Positions 1 through 13,695 of a stretch of 64,000 nucleotides of DNA are shown piece after piece. The position numbers were made by a program, and so were the translations under genes. Every line of letters starts with the position of its first letter. Within the stretch, counting starts at the first letter, position 1. The notes under the pieces are model-generated. The model ran no database searches and was not told the DNA's origin. It saw only the letters and a list, made by a program, of their open reading frames with translations. Origin of the DNA: Lama guanicoe (taxonomy: Eukaryota); assembly GCA_013239625.1 (NCBI GenBank), contig MU053493.1, positions 2,241,793 to 2,305,792 on the forward strand. The letters run 5' to 3'.

Positions 1-710
1 GCACACATACATTGCAAAATTGGAATTCTACTGTGGCAGCAATCTTGCTATGTTCATTTAACATAACATGACGATTTCCCCAGACCAGTGAATATTCTTT
101 GAAAATATGCTTCTAATGGCCATATAATTTAGAAATGGATAATATAACCATTTTGCTATTGCTAGAGATTCAGGTGGCTTCCAATTTCTAACTAAGATAA
201 ATAAAGCCACAGTGAGTATCTTCACACATACACTTTATTGGTATCTCTGACTTTAATATAAACTCTTCAAAATAGGATGACTGAGTCAAAGGGTTTAAAC
301 ATTTGTTTTCCACGAGATTACACCCATCGACATTTCCTCCAGTGGGTATGAGAGTATTTATCCTCCAATATGCTTGTCCACAGTAAGAATAAATATTTGA
401 AAGAAGATATTGAGGAAGAAGATCATTGTTTTCATTTGCATTTCTCTGATCACTTGTAAGGTTCAGCACTTTCTGATTACTTGCCTTTATTTCTTCAGTG
501 ACTTGCCAATGAGAATCTGTTGCAGACTTTTTCTATCTGATAGTAATGTTTTCCTATTGATTTATGACTGCTTTTAGTATAATAAGGATGTATTGGCAGG
601 TAGACAGTGTTACCTCCTGCCTTGCCAATTCTGGTGATGGTGTTTGACACACAAGGATGCTAATGGATTTGTGGTCAGCTGTATCAGTCCTTCCCTTTAT
701 CATGTCCTCC
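1..710 (-). mobile_element. Ancient degenerate L1 (L1M/L1ME-like) fragment
   Basis: Antisense L1 3'-ORF2 motifs such as ttgcatttctctgatcact and gatgactgagtcaaagggt. Confidence 0.6.
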
Positions 711-853
711 ACTGAAGTAGAGTGTTGTGGTCCTTCAGCCTACAATTCAACTCTAGCCCCTCCTCTTGCTATCTGGGCGACCCTCTCTTCACCTCCATTT
801 CCGTGATTGGAAAAGGAAGTTGAGGAGAGTGCATTTACTACATGAGGTCAGGA

Positions 854-1176
854 TGTGGCAGACAATCTCAGAGCTGGTCCTCAACAACCCGCCTCCTGGT
901 GTTCAAATGTAGCCCACTCAGGTGCAGCCCAGAGAGGACCAGGGGACTGCCTGCAGCCTCAGAGTGAGCTTGGAATCCAATCCTCCCCAGTGGCACCTTG
1001 AGATGACATGGCTCCAGCTAACACCTTCACTGCAGCCCAGTGAGATGTTGAGCAGAGGACTCAGACAAGCTGTGCCAAGATTTCTGACCCACAGGAACAG
1101 TGATGGATGAGCACTGGTTGTTTTAAGCTGCTAAGTCTAGGGGTGATTTGTTATACAGCAGAAGATAACTAATACA
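854..1176 (+). mobile_element. MaLR LTR (MLT1-type), apparently inserted in a MIR
   Basis: TG...CA ends and the typical 3' end tgttttaagctgctaagt...tttgttatacagcagaagataactaataca. Confidence 0.75.
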
Positions 1177-1206
1177 TAATGCATGGAAAGTACTTAAAAT
1201 TGTGCC

Positions 1207-1660
1207 TGTGGTAGATTACAAAAAAAACAGTCTAATGCATTGCCACTGCTCCCCTGGAAAGATGGAATCCTTCTCCCCTCCTGAAGCTGGGCTTGACTGT
1301 GACTTGCTTTGACCAAGAGCGCAGAGACGAAAGTGATTTTGAGAACTGAAAGGCACCTGCACACTGGGGCTTGCCCTCTCGCTACTCTGGGAACTCTGCT
1401 GTGACACTATGAAGGAGCCCAGCTGTCTCCTTTGGGAGCCTCTTACATGGACCACTTATCCCTGATGTCCCCCAGCTTAGAACCAGCCACTATCATGCAT
1501 TACATGCACAAGGCCATCAGCTGCAGGCCCATGAGTAAGCCCAGCTAAGGGAACCACCAAGCCATACCCAGCGTACATTTCCAACCTATCTCACGCGCTG
1601 AATGAGTGGCTGTTGGGCAGTTCCAGGCTCATCTGTTATGCAGCACTTGCTAACTGATAG
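1207..1660 (+). mobile_element. MaLR LTR (MLT1-type)
   Basis: Starts tgtggtagatt; contains gtgacttgctttgaccaa; ends tgttatgcagca...taactgata. Confidence 0.65.
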
Positions 1661-2234
1661 ATCCACCAATCTTCTTATAACTGCAATTACTATTCTCTTT
1701 GGATCAATTAGATGGTCACTTGTACTTCTTGGCAGTATATATATGCTTTTACTTATTACACTTAACTCATCCACTGGAAACTTATTTTGGTATATGATAC
1801 TAGGTGAGGACCCAACTCAGTGTTTTGGCACATAGCCAGTGCTCCCCTCTGCACAAAACTGCAGTGCCTTGTTTTCACGTATGAGTATCTAGAGTATTTT
1901 AGGACAGCATTTCCATTCATCATTTCTGTTTGTAAATTAACAAATCTCAAACCAATACCATATGAGCTCCGTTTTAATTTGGGCCAAGATAATATTATTA
2001 TTATTATCTTACTATTATTATTGTTACACTGGGGCATGCCAGGACAAATTCTCACTAATCGGACTGTGTGGGAGACCAGAGATGTCACAGGAAACATGTC
2101 AAGGAAGATGGAGAACAGGAATACGAATCTAGAACAAGGAGGTGGAAGAGGTGGAGACAGTCACCATTACCAAAGGGATGACACCAAGGCTGCTGTCCTC
2201 TGAAATCAACCTTAACCCCACCTCAAGTCTCTCC

Positions 2235-2660
2235 ATCCATCAGTCAGCAGTCAAACTCCACAAGCCCTCTTTGCGTGCAGCATTAGGCACTTTGGAGGGA
2301 TGAATGCAGTACCTGCTCTCCAGGTGCTCACAGCCACTGGGGGACAGTCCCACACACAAAACCTCTGCAGATCATATCTACAAATCCACAGAAAGACAAA
2401 CTAACAACATAATGGCTGAGGGGAGCTTAGAAACCCCTGGGGGCAATCATGGAAGACTTTCTGGAGGAAAGTTTTCAGATTTTGAGACAGAAGATTTAGC
2501 AAAGAGAGGGTGTGTGCAAAGGCAGCGAGCAGGAATGCATGACTCCTGTGTGCAGGAAGCAGATGTATGTGGTTAGAGCAGAAAGTCTAAACAGATACAG
2601 TAAGAAGTGAGTTTTATGAAAGGGTAAGGGTCAATTTGGTGGAGGATCATTCAGTGCTAG
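2235..2660 (-). mobile_element. L2 fragment
   Basis: Degenerate L2 3'-end pattern (ccatccatcagtcagc...ctgctctccaggtgctcacagcc). Confidence 0.5.
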
Positions 2661-5600
2661 GTCTTCAGAACAAGTGAGCAAGCCATGTTTTGTTAGATGG
2701 CTTGGTAAGAGTCTTAGGTTGAGCATCAATCCCTCTGCTACTGAAACAGCTGGTAATGTACACAGGCATTCCCAAACTGCTCCAAGAGCTGCCTTCCCCC
2801 AGAACTCTCAGGAAGCAGCAAGAGGGGCATGATATCAAAGGCAGGGAAGTGTTACAGCCAGTGCAATGCAAAAGGCCAGCGGACCCCAGCTCTGCCCCTA
2901 TCCAATCACAATGTCCCAGCCTCTCATTAATTCTCAGTGGACAGCAGGCATGGGTACACTAAGAAAATTACTTCTTCGCTTATTTTGAAATTGTGCTGCA
3001 TATCAGCTATGATCCTAAAAGTTTAGCAATTAAAACGTGAAAACCAGTGAAGCCCTGATCTCCAGGAGCTGCTCACAGCTGTGAGGTCAGCGAGGGCACA
3101 AACCCTTCCCTGGCTTCCCATCCCTGGCAGACCTCTCACCGTGGGAAGCAGCCATACCATCCAAGATGGCGGCCCCGGCCAGAAGATTTAGGGGAAAACT
3201 GCACCAGAAGTGACTCAGACACTCAGGGGAGATGCTCAATGGGTCAGAGCGAGCTCTGAGGAGCGCCTGCTCTGCTGGTCCTGACACCTGCCCCCTGGTG
3301 CTTCAGTGTGCATGTGCCCATGTACTCCTGTGGCTCTGTTCATGTGTCAAGGACAGAAGCTGTTCTGGCCAAGGTCTCCTCCTCCCTTCATGTCCCCACA
3401 GACCCTCGTCCCCATCCCCTCAGCAGGAGGCTGCTGGGCGTCGCCAACAGAGGTCTCACCTGAGAGTCACCCCAGGTGCTCCTCAGATCCCAGGGCTGCA
3501 GTTTGACTTTGTTTCCCACCAGCATGGACCACACACACCTGGAACTCCGTGCAGATGGGTACCCCTTGCCCTTAACCTGTGGGTAGGGGTGGCTTCCCCA
3601 CACCTGGAGGAAGAGGGTGTCTGATTTCAGCCCCAAAGCCCAGGCCTGAGCCCAGAGTCAGAGCCCAAGGGAAGCAATCTGGAGTCCACCCAAGCCCCCT
3701 GCCCGGCCTTGGAGGTGCCTCCAGGAGGAAGCCAAAGTCAGGGTCACACCTCCTCTGGACCCAACTTCCCCCATCCCCTAGTGTTTAAACCATCAGAGCT
3801 AGAAACACACTGCAATATACAAAGGCCAAACTCTCTATTGAGGGTGAAAAACCATTTAACACAATTCTTTTTCTGGAGCACACTCTAGTTCACTTTCCCT
3901 CTGATACTTCAGGAAGACACCCCCTTCCTTTCTTGCAGCAGTATTCATTTTTTTTTGAGCCCCCAAAGCACCTTTCTCAGTTTGCTCTTCCTCAAACAGA
4001 GAGTCTCATCCAGACCCGCACTAGCTCAGACGCAGAGCTGCGGATCCACAAGTGGCTGCCACTTCTCTCACTCTCCCAGGTGTGGGGCTGGAGACTCACT
4101 ACCTCTTCCCGTGATACACCGATCAACGGAACTCCCAAGGAACTCCCATCTCCACCGTGCGTGGGCCTGGACTTGGCTGGCCTCCACCCATGGCTCTGTG
4201 TTTCCCCAGCCCTGGTCCTTCTGGTCGACCCAGCCATTTGCTCAGAAAGTAATCTCAAAAGATGGAGCGGGAGGGACAGGAACCCCAGTGCACGGGTTCC
4301 GGTGGGGTGCCAGCCCCATAAAATTGTTGCTGTGACAGCCCCAAGGCGAGGATAGGGAGTCCCCATCATCTTCCCGAGGCCAGGCATTCTGCCCTAGGGG
4401 TGAAGGGGGCTGGGCCAAGTATGCCAGCCTTGAAAGGTACTTCTCACTGTCACTGTCAGATAGAATCAGTTCTTGAGTTTCCATAGGCACAGAATTTTAT
4501 TCAAATATTAGGTTATGTGAGAATTATGATGACCCAGGACTCATCGTCCTTAACCCCTTAGAAAGTGGCATTCAGACAGGTTAAGTGACTTGGACAGAGT
4601 GGCAAGGCCAGGAGGCAGTGAAGCCAGGAGGGTTCCATGGAGACTTGGCAGCAAGGTCCCTGGCCCAGGAAGGTAATGAGTCCCCAGCCCAAGCTCTGTG
4701 CTGGGGAGTCCAACCTCTGTGCAGTGTCTTCCATTAACACACTTCGTAATTCAGTCCCTGATTGGACAGGTCAGTGCCCTAGTCGGCACAAATGCCATCA
4801 GGGCTACATTAGTATGTGACTGTGCTTCATTAGAGAAGTTGTAAAGCGACCTCCTTCCTCAAGACAATGACTTCAGACCCCCCGTTTAATTTCACAACTA
4901 CGGAACAATCCATGTGTCAGTTACAATGCAAATTATCACGTCTACCAAGATAATATATTTGGGCAATTCAGCGATTACAAAAGGTTATTAGGCTTCTCCT
5001 TCACTAACTCTAAACACTCATCAGAAAACTACAAGCATGAGCTGACCACCACCACTAGGGGAGCTAAATCCAAGCCACCACCCCCCCTTTCCCAGGTAAG
5101 AAGCAGTCAGTGGTGAATAAAACCTACAAGGCACCCTTCTTAGGGGCCCTAAATTGACAAGAGAAAAAGCTATCCAGCTTTTCAGTTATTTCCTGATCTC
5201 TTTCCAGCTTTCATTTCATGGAAAACTTGTCAAGTTACCAGCTTATGGGCCTCGCTCTACAGCACTTATTTTCTACAAATGGTATTTTCTCAAGACAATA
5301 ACTATACTGACAACACGAGGCTGATTGCAAGAAATGTGTTTTTACCAATTTTCATCAATGTTGGACATTTCTGACACGATCCTATTTTGTAAGTTTACTG
5401 CCTTGTTCAGTGTGATCTTTGTGATAAATGCATTGTCACAGAAAATCCCCCTCACTATCCTTTATCTCCTTTCATTTTGTAAATGCCAAGTTTATTAAAC
5501 TCTACTGTCACATAAAAAATTTGTCAGACAAATGTAATAGTTGAGACTGTGTTCCAAACCAAGGCTATACGACATCAAAAAAAAAATCAGAAAACATGAG

Positions 5601-5682
5601 TTGGTTCTCCTAAAAATTTTTGATGATCCAAAAGTATTCCAATATTTTACCCCAAATGGACTGTTTATTCATTTGATGGGGC

Positions 5683-6258
5683 TTTTTAAAATTGTGGTCA
5701 AGTACATACAACATAAAATTTACCACCTTAACCATTTTTGAGGTTACGGTTTAGTGTTGTGAAGTCCGTTCACATTACAATCTCCAGAACCATTTTCATC
5801 TTGCAAAACTGAAACTCTGTGCCCCTTCAACAGCAACGGCCCACCTCCCACCTTCCCGCAGCCCCTGGCACCACTATTCCACTTTCTGTTTCTAAATATG
5901 ATGACTCTAGGTACTTCATTGAAATGGAATTATACATTATTTGTCCATTTGTGACTGGTTTATTTCAGTTAGCATAGTGTTCTCAAGTTTCATCCAGGCT
6001 GTCACCTGTGTCAGAGGCTGAATCCTGTTCTGTTGTATAGACCACATTTTGTCTATCCATCCGTCTGCTGATGGACAAAGGTTACTATACCACCTTTTAT
6101 TACCGTAAATCATGCTGCTATGAACATGGGTGTGCAGATAAATATTTCTTTGAGACCATGCTTTCAGTTTTTTTAGGGGGGTGTATACTTAGAATTGGAA
6201 TTTCAGGTTCATTATGGTACTTCTGTAATACTTTAAGGCGCCACCATGCTGGTTTTCA
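5683..6258 (-). mobile_element. L1MB-like 3' end
   Basis: Contains aacataaaatttaccaccttaaccatttt, gtgactggtttatttcagttagcatagtg and tgctgctatgaacatgggtgtgca. Confidence 0.85.
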
Positions 6259-6532
6259 TTTGGTATTTTTAATAATGCAGTTAGATAGAGGGCAAGTGAT
6301 AGCCAAGTAACTAGTATACCCAGCCAGTTCTCAGAACCACTAAGAGTCCCATCACGACCTTGTTAGCAAAGCAGCCCTGGTCTCTGGGGTGTGACCCCTT
6401 GTGTCCCAAATGCAGGCACGCCCTGGGCAAACAGGGGCTGCAGCTTATCATGGTGACAAAGAAATACAAACCAATTAGAACACTTTACAACAAAACAGAT
6501 ACAGAATTCTAATAAATATATAGTTTCAGGCT

Positions 6533-6668
6533 GGGGGAGGGTATAGCTCAGTGGTAGAGCATATACTTAGCATGCATGAGGTCCTGGGTTCAATCCCCAG
6601 TACCTCCATTAAAAAAAAACCTAGTAATTAATAAACAAATAAACAAACAGTCTTAATTACCCCCCTAA
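6533..6668 (+). mobile_element. tRNA-Ala-derived camelid SINE (vic-1 type), long-tail form
   Basis: A box tagctcagtgg, B box ggttcaatcc, A-rich tail with taattaccccc. Confidence 0.9.
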
Positions 6669-7506
6669 ATATATACAGATTCTTCTGACAGTTTTTTTTA
6701 AATAATGAAGAGTAGGAAATCCTGGTTAAAAGTGATAACTTGACCTTCTCTACCTCTCTTCTGCCCTCAAACCTCACAGGCACAGGCCCACAGGGACAAG
6801 ATGGGGTAGGTGTGACCATGGGTAAGAAGGTCCAACACACTTTTAAAGCCTAAAAATGGACAGAAGAGGGTGAGCTTCTGGTAGGGGGCAGCTTCAGGTA
6901 GGGGGAGCTGGGAGGCACAGGCTGACCCCTTGTGGAATTCAGGAAGCTCTGGGGTCAGAGCTCCCAGGAATCTGGAGGGCAGGCTGTGGAGTGCCCCCTG
7001 GGCTGAGGGCGTGTGTAGAAAATCATGGCTGTGTCGCTGGGCCCTGATGCATGCACCTGACTCACAAAGCCACATAACTACATACCCCCAGGTCCAGGAG
7101 GATACAGGAGACTAGTCCCTGAGACAACACCCGGGGAGGTCCAGAGGCCCAGGGCTGCAAGGAGGTCTGGGAGCAGGGACTGACCCTCAGCAGGCTGCAG
7201 GGAGCTGCACAGGGGATGGGAGTGTGGTCCCAAAAGTGGGTTGTGGTCGCCCAACTGGGTAATTAACTAAAAATCATTGAGATGTACACTTACAATGTAT
7301 CAACAGTGTAGTGTGTCAATCTTATCTCAATAAAACTTTAAAATAGATAGATAGACAGATAGAGAGACAGACGACAAGTGACCAAAATACCAAGATACCA
7401 CCACCTGGCAAGTGTTAAAGAGTTTCTTCCTACTACCTGGTGCACTATGAGTCTGAGAACAGGACAAGATCAGTTACTAAAATTATTATTAAAATTAAGA
7501 AATGAT

Positions 7507-8183
7507 GAAATTCCTCAAAAAACTAAAAATAGACTTGACATATGATCAAGCAATCCCACTCCTGGGCATGTACCTGGAGAAAACACTAATTTGAAAAGAC
7601 ATATGCAGCCAGTGTTCACAGCAGCACTATTTACAACAGCCAAGACACAGAAGCAACCTAAATGCCCATCAACAGAGGACTGGATAAAGAAGATGTGGTA
7701 TATGTATACAATGGGATACTACTCAGCCATAAAAAAGAATAAAATAATGCCATGGGCAGCAACATAGACGGACCTGGAGATTGTCATTCTAAATGAAGCA
7801 AGCCAGAAAGAGAAAGACAAATACCATATGATATCACTCATATGTGGAATCTAAAAAAAAAAAGACACAAATGAACTTATTTACAAAACAGAAACAGACT
7901 CACAGACATAGAAAACAAACTTATGGTTACTAGAGAGGAAAGGGGGTGGGAAGGGATAAATTGGGAGTTTGAGATCTGCAGATACTAACTACTATATACA
8001 AAACAGATAAACAACAAGTGTCTTCTGTATAGCACAGGGAACTGCATTCAGTATCTTGTAGGAACCTATGATGAAAAAGAATATGAAAAGGAATATATGT
8101 ATGTATATGTATGACTGAAACACAATGCTGTACACCAGAAATTTACACATTGTAAACTGACTATACCTCAATCAAAAAAAAAA
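7507..8183 (+). mobile_element. Young L1 3' end (ORF2 C-terminus and 3' UTR), 5'-truncated
   Basis: Poly(A) tail; TSD aagaaatgat at 7497-7506 and 8184-8193; TT/AAGA endonuclease site. Confidence 0.92.
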
Positions 8184-8193
8184 AAGAAATGAT

Positions 8194-8880
8194 AACATAT
8201 ATGATCCAGCAACCCCACTTCTGGGTGTACACCCAAAAGAATTGAAAGCAGGGACTTGAAAAGATGTTTGAACCCCCATGTTCACAGCAGCAGGACTCAC
8301 AACAGCCAAAAGGCAGAAACAATGCAAGTGTCCATCAACAGATGATGGATAAACAAAGTATGGTCTGCACATACAATGGGACAGTTTTCCACTTTAAAAA
8401 GGAAGCAGCAGGGTGGGGGTTATATAGTTCAGTGGTAGAGCGCATGCTTAGCATGCATGAGGCCCTGGGCTCAATCCCCATTACCTCCATTTAAAAAAAA
8501 AAGTTTAAAAAAAAGTAAGGAAATGGTGACATGCGCTCCAGCATGGATAGACCCTGGGGACAGCATTCTGAGTGGAACAAGCCAGTGACAAGAATGAATA
8601 CTGTTTGATTCTACTTCTGTCTAAGGTCCCAAGAGCAATCAAATTCATAGATATGGAGAGTCTGCGGGTGACTCCCAGGGACTAGAGGGCAAGGAGGTCG
8701 GGGAGGGCGGGGTGTGATGTTCCGTGGGCACAGGGTGTCAGTTCTGCAGGTTCTGGAGATGGTGGTGGGGACGACTGTACAACAGTGTGAAAGTGCTGCA
8801 TCATGCCACCAAGCTGTTCCCTTAAAAACAGTGACTACGGTAAATGCTATGTTATGGATATTTTACCACAATAAAAGAAA
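8194..8880 (+). mobile_element. Older L1MB-like 3' end, interrupted by a SINE
   Basis: Runs atgatccagcaaccccacttctgggt...aaagaattgaaagcaggg...tattttaccacaataaaa. Confidence 0.8.
8411..8514 (+). mobile_element. vic-1-type SINE, short form
   Basis: tRNA-Ala-like head followed by an A tail. Confidence 0.9.
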
Positions 8881-10639
8881 TAATAACAAATGTCATTTTC
8901 CCCCCGCAAAACTGGGATAAAAGCAAAGAAGGAACAGACACGGAAGCGGCACCCCTGGGGCCAGGGTTCGCATGTCCGGGGCGGAGAGGGGACAGCTGGG
9001 TTCGTTATCAGCCTCTTCCACTTTGTTTGACTTTAGCTCTTCTGTACCACTGATGGATTTGTTTTCATATTCATTTTAAAACATAATGGGGAGCAGCGGA
9101 GATGAAAAGCACATTGAGGAAGCTGCATACTGATAAGCCTGATGTCAACCACGGGCCAGACGAGAGGGGGTTATCCGAGCAGAAGGCCCCTGTGCACTCA
9201 GGAATGAAGTGCCGGCCAAACTCATCTTGTTTTCCCTTTTAACAAGGTGATGGACGAGACTGGAGTATTAGAGGAATGTACATGAGGATCTTTATTTCAG
9301 CAAGATGTTAGCACGCTGGCTGGAGCAGCGCCCACTGCCTGCCCTTGGAGAGACGCAGGCGGGGTCCCCAAGCCCGCAGCCCTGGCCTGGCCGGGATTAA
9401 GGATGGGGACTTCTTTCAGAACGTGGTGAGGGGTGGGGGGTGTCACTACATCAGGTCTACGTCCTCCAGGGCCAGACACCAAATCGAAATGAGATCATCG
9501 CCACCATCTGGAATGCTAACTTTTAAAGCAAACAGATGAACTTATCAGTGTGACAAATGTTCTGCATTTTGATACCAAAATGCATAAAATGCCATGAGCA
9601 GCAGACACAGAAAAAGTTAGAAAGCCTGGGGTTCTGGATGGCCACCAGTTCCACTGAAGGCAGCTGGCTACGTGGTTGGGAGCTGCCCAGATCACAGCAG
9701 AAACAGGCCACCTGCTGCCCTTCAGCCCCAGGCATGGCCCCATTCAGCACGTGGGCCACGTCCAGGAGGACAAGACATCCAGAAACCACCAGATGAAAAC
9801 TGGGCAACAAGCCTTTGAATGGGGGAGAACAAAAAGGCCACCCAGGCAACAGGGTGCGGAAGTGGTTTTCCACTTAGAGGACGTCACTGTGAAAAGGGCA
9901 GGAAGGAATTTTCCGAGCTCTCCAGAAAAATCCAGGACAGTAAAATCACTGTGCAAAATCAGATTTGGCCCCAGTGAGTCCTGCCTGATGACAGAGCCTG
10001 GCCAGGGCCCCCCCATCCCTGGCACCAGGAGACCCCATACCCCTAAATCAGAAATACCACTGATGGGACCCTGCACTGTGCAGAGGGGTGGTTTAAGTGA
10101 ACTGCAAACACCTTCCAATGTCCCACAACACAAGAATAGCAGCAGCAGTGAAAAGAACGGACATTTATTTTATTTATTTATGTATTTATTTATTATTATT
10201 TATTTTTATTGTTTTTAACCACAGCCAGATAATGCAGGGTACACTTCAATTGCATCCTTACTCTATAATTCCTTGACATCTGAATTGTGTGATCCATTGT
10301 AACTTTAATCAACAAACCAAAAAAGCATGAAGGTATATGAGATAAATCATGACTTCTTCAGGATGACAGTCATACCTGAATGACTTGGAGAGTCTTTAAA
10401 TTTAAAAGGAAAATTTAATCAGTTTAAAATAAAAACTCACTGCCTAACACTAACACCTAATTCGTATTAATACCCACAGGCAGCCTGTTTTAGAGACATT
10501 GGTGATATAGCTCACAACTTTCAGATTCAGCGAGTTCTCCTGTAAGTAGGTACTTCCTCTGTTTGTGGCGTGGGATCTGAGATAATTGAAGCTGGATGAG
10601 GCCAGGCCTGGAGGGACCCAGTAGTGATGAATGGCTAGG

Positions 10640-11330
10640 TCCGTCCATTTATCCAACAAATACTGACTGAGAGCCAGTTAAGACCCAGGCTCAGTTCTAC
10701 ATGTGGGAGAGTCAGCTGTAAACACGACAGATGCAGATGATCGCCAAGAAACCAGGAAAACAGGAACTGAACAATACGGAGGAAACAAGACAGCTCACTG
10801 AGTGGTAACTTCAGTGCGCATGGGTGGCAGCCAAGGGCTCCTTCAGGATGGGTGCTCAGGAGGGGAGCGCTGGGGAGAAGAAACAGGGGGGCGGGACCGC
10901 CGGAGGGATGCACGCTGTTGGCTGCTTAAGGTTCTGGAGCTATTGTGGGGGAGCTGGCAATGATCCCCAGAGGTGGCAAGAATCTGGTTTGAGGATCAGG
11001 AAAATAAACATGAGTCAACTGGGGAAAGGCCTTCGAGGACCACTGGGAAGAAAAGAGGAGGAGGTAAGAGAAACAGCAGTGAGTTTATGCAGAGGGGATG
11101 AGGAAGGCGGGGTTGTGTCTCTGCAGCGATCACTAAGGTTGCTGGTGGGACAGGGTCTGCAGATGGGCCGGAAAGACAGCAAAGGGACGAGTGAGGAAGA
11201 TGCGGGGGTTCCCAGGTGCAGGGGATGGAGAGCGGGGCCAGCGTGGGGGTGTCCAGCAGGCAGAGCCGAGGGGCAGGGTGGAGGAAAAGCAGAAATCAAG
11301 ATGCCACGTAGGTTTCAGACATGTGCAGTG
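10640..11330 (-). mobile_element. L2 fragment
   Basis: catttatccaacaaatactgactgag followed by a purine-rich L2 antisense body. Confidence 0.6.
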
Positions 11331-12317
11331 GATAAGCGGAAAAGCCGCTCTTTGGAGATGTGCCTTTGGAAGGTAGTTTTCTAGCCAGAGTTCAAACCCA
11401 AGAAGTTGCTAAAACTGTAACTGCCAGACTTGTGGTCCAGGCATCTGCCACTAAACAAGGATGGATGATGGCAGAACACCACTGTCACCCTCAGAAACGG
11501 AATGTCCAGAATAAAATACAATCCTGCTTGCAGGGAGGAGGCTCAGCTAAAATGCTCAGGAAAGGACCACCCGGGCCTTCTGGTCCCTTCCTGAAGTTGG
11601 GTCAGAAGGATAAAACACAGGGATCACAAGGTGAAACAACCACATGGTCATGCTTTTACCACGTCACTCTTTATGGGACCATGATCATTACTCTTAAGGT
11701 TCAAGGTTGACCAGCCAGACACAGAACTGTCCAAGCCTACTTTCCCCCAAGCGCTGGTCCTGCAATGTGACTCACCAGCTTCTAAACACACTCTGCACCC
11801 CTATCTGATTCAGGACACCCACACCCCACCAGACAAACCCCATCGGTCCACCGTGTCCGGCTCAAGCACGTCTCTTCTGATTGCTCCTTGAAGCCCCTTC
11901 TGATTGCTCCTGCCTCTAAACCGTTCACCAGATGCTGATCCAACCACTGCCGCAAGATGCCACTCGGCTCCAGACCACCATCGCTCCTGAGTACATGTGG
12001 CAAGTGGCATATGCTGCTCGAAACACAAAAGTCATCACTATACTGCTTTTATTCCCCCAAAGAACCCAGAACAGCATTTCCAGTACTGGGAGCATCCTCC
12101 CCTTCCCACGCACCACCTCCCACCAACTACTGATGGGTTGCTGGAAGTTTACAAAATTGTGAAGACACAAATATTTCTAAATGTATACTGAATGTAACTG
12201 AGAAAGTCCAACCTGGCAGATACTCATTTTACAAGCTGATCCTTGGGGTGGGATCAGGTTTGCAAGTGCTGGACCACCAATCATGCTCAAAAGTAAGCAA
12301 TTAATAAAAGGGGGGAC

Positions 12318-12845
12318 AACTTGATCACGGGGTATGATCTTTTTTATGTCTTGCTGGATTCTGTTTGATATATTGTTGAGGAGTTTTGCATCTATGTTCA
12401 TCAGTGATATTGGCCTGTAATTTTTTTTTGGTAGTGTCTTTGGTTTTGGAATTAGGGTGATGGTGGCTCCACAGAAAGAGTTTGGGAGTATGCCCTCCTT
12501 TTCAATCTTTTGGAAGAGTTTGAGAAGGATTGGTATGAGTTCTTCTTTGTATGTTTGGTAGAACTCAACAACCTTATGGTTACTGGGGGGAAGGGTGTGG
12601 GAAGGGATAAATTTGGGAGTTTGAGATTTGCAAATGTTAACACTATATATAAAAATAGATTTTAAAAATTTCTTCTGTATAGCACAGGGAACTATATTCA
12701 ATATCTTGTAATAACCTTTAATGAAAGAATATGAAAACAAATATATGTATATATATGCATGACTGGGACATTATGCTGTACACTAGAAATTGACACATAA
12801 CTGACTATACTTCAATAAAAAAATTAAATAAATTTTAAAAAAGAA
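12318..12845. mobile_element. 5'-inverted L1: ORF2 RT fragment (minus, about 12318-12566) joined to a 3' UTR and poly(A) (plus)
   Basis: Minus translation [25 protein letters not shown]...[13 protein letters not shown]...IKKII is the L1 RT domain. A plus-strand L1 3' UTR follows directly. Confidence 0.9.
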
Positions 12846-13356
12846 AAGACAGATAAACAATCTGAGTAGATATTTGCAGAGTTGATTATACTAACTAGCA
12901 AAGCTTCAACTGTGTCTGAAGTTTCTTAATTACTATTTGGGATGCATTTTTCTTAAACTTTGAATATTCTTTGAAAATAAAGTCCTAATCATTCACCAAT
13001 AAGTAGATTTTTTTTACACTTATATGATGATTAAATGTTTCAAAATGGTTGAATACGTTAAGATTGTAATACAACCCTAGTTCAGGACTACAGCAACTGT
13101 GAGTCTATGCAAAAAAAAGTGTAAATATCAATTTTTAAAAAAATTTCTTCTCGTTTAAGGTACAACCTCTCATAGGACCTGCACAAAGGCCATCTGAGCA
13201 ATCCTGCTTGGCCGAATGCCGGGAGACACTTCTTCCCCTGAGGCTCAGGCCAGGATGAGGCTGGGTGAGCTGGGTGAGGGAGGGTGGCCAGGGTGGCCAC
13301 CACTCCCATCCCATCCTGACAGTCTCCTATCCAGAGATTATGACACCTGCTACAGC

Positions 13357-13695
13357 CTAGACAAACCCTGAGGACACGATGCTATGTGAAATAGGCCAGA
13401 CACAGAAGAACAAATATTATATGATTCCACTCGTACGAGGTCCCTAGGGCAGCCAAGTTCTTAGAGACAGAAAGTAGACTGGTGGCTGCCAGGGGCTTGG
13501 GGAGGGGGGAATGGGGAGAGAGTATTTGATGGGGAGAGAATTTCAGTTTTGCCAAGATGAAAAGAGTTCTGTGGAAAGATGGTGGTGCTGACTTAATAGC
13601 AACATGGATGTACTTATACCAGTGATCTGTACACCGAAAAGTGGGTAAGATGGTAAATTTTCCTTAGGTGTATTTTACCACAGTTAGTTTTTTTA
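13357..13695 (+). mobile_element. L1MB-like 3' end
   Basis: Runs atgctatgtgaaataggccagacacag...agacagaaagtagactggtggctgccagggg...tattttaccaca. Confidence 0.8.

Noticed and set aside
12177..12740. 187-aa RT-containing ORF as a functional or domesticated gene
   Set aside because: It is a chance fusion of antisense UTR and a short RT fragment with deletions, has a non-ATG start and lacks the catalytic motif.
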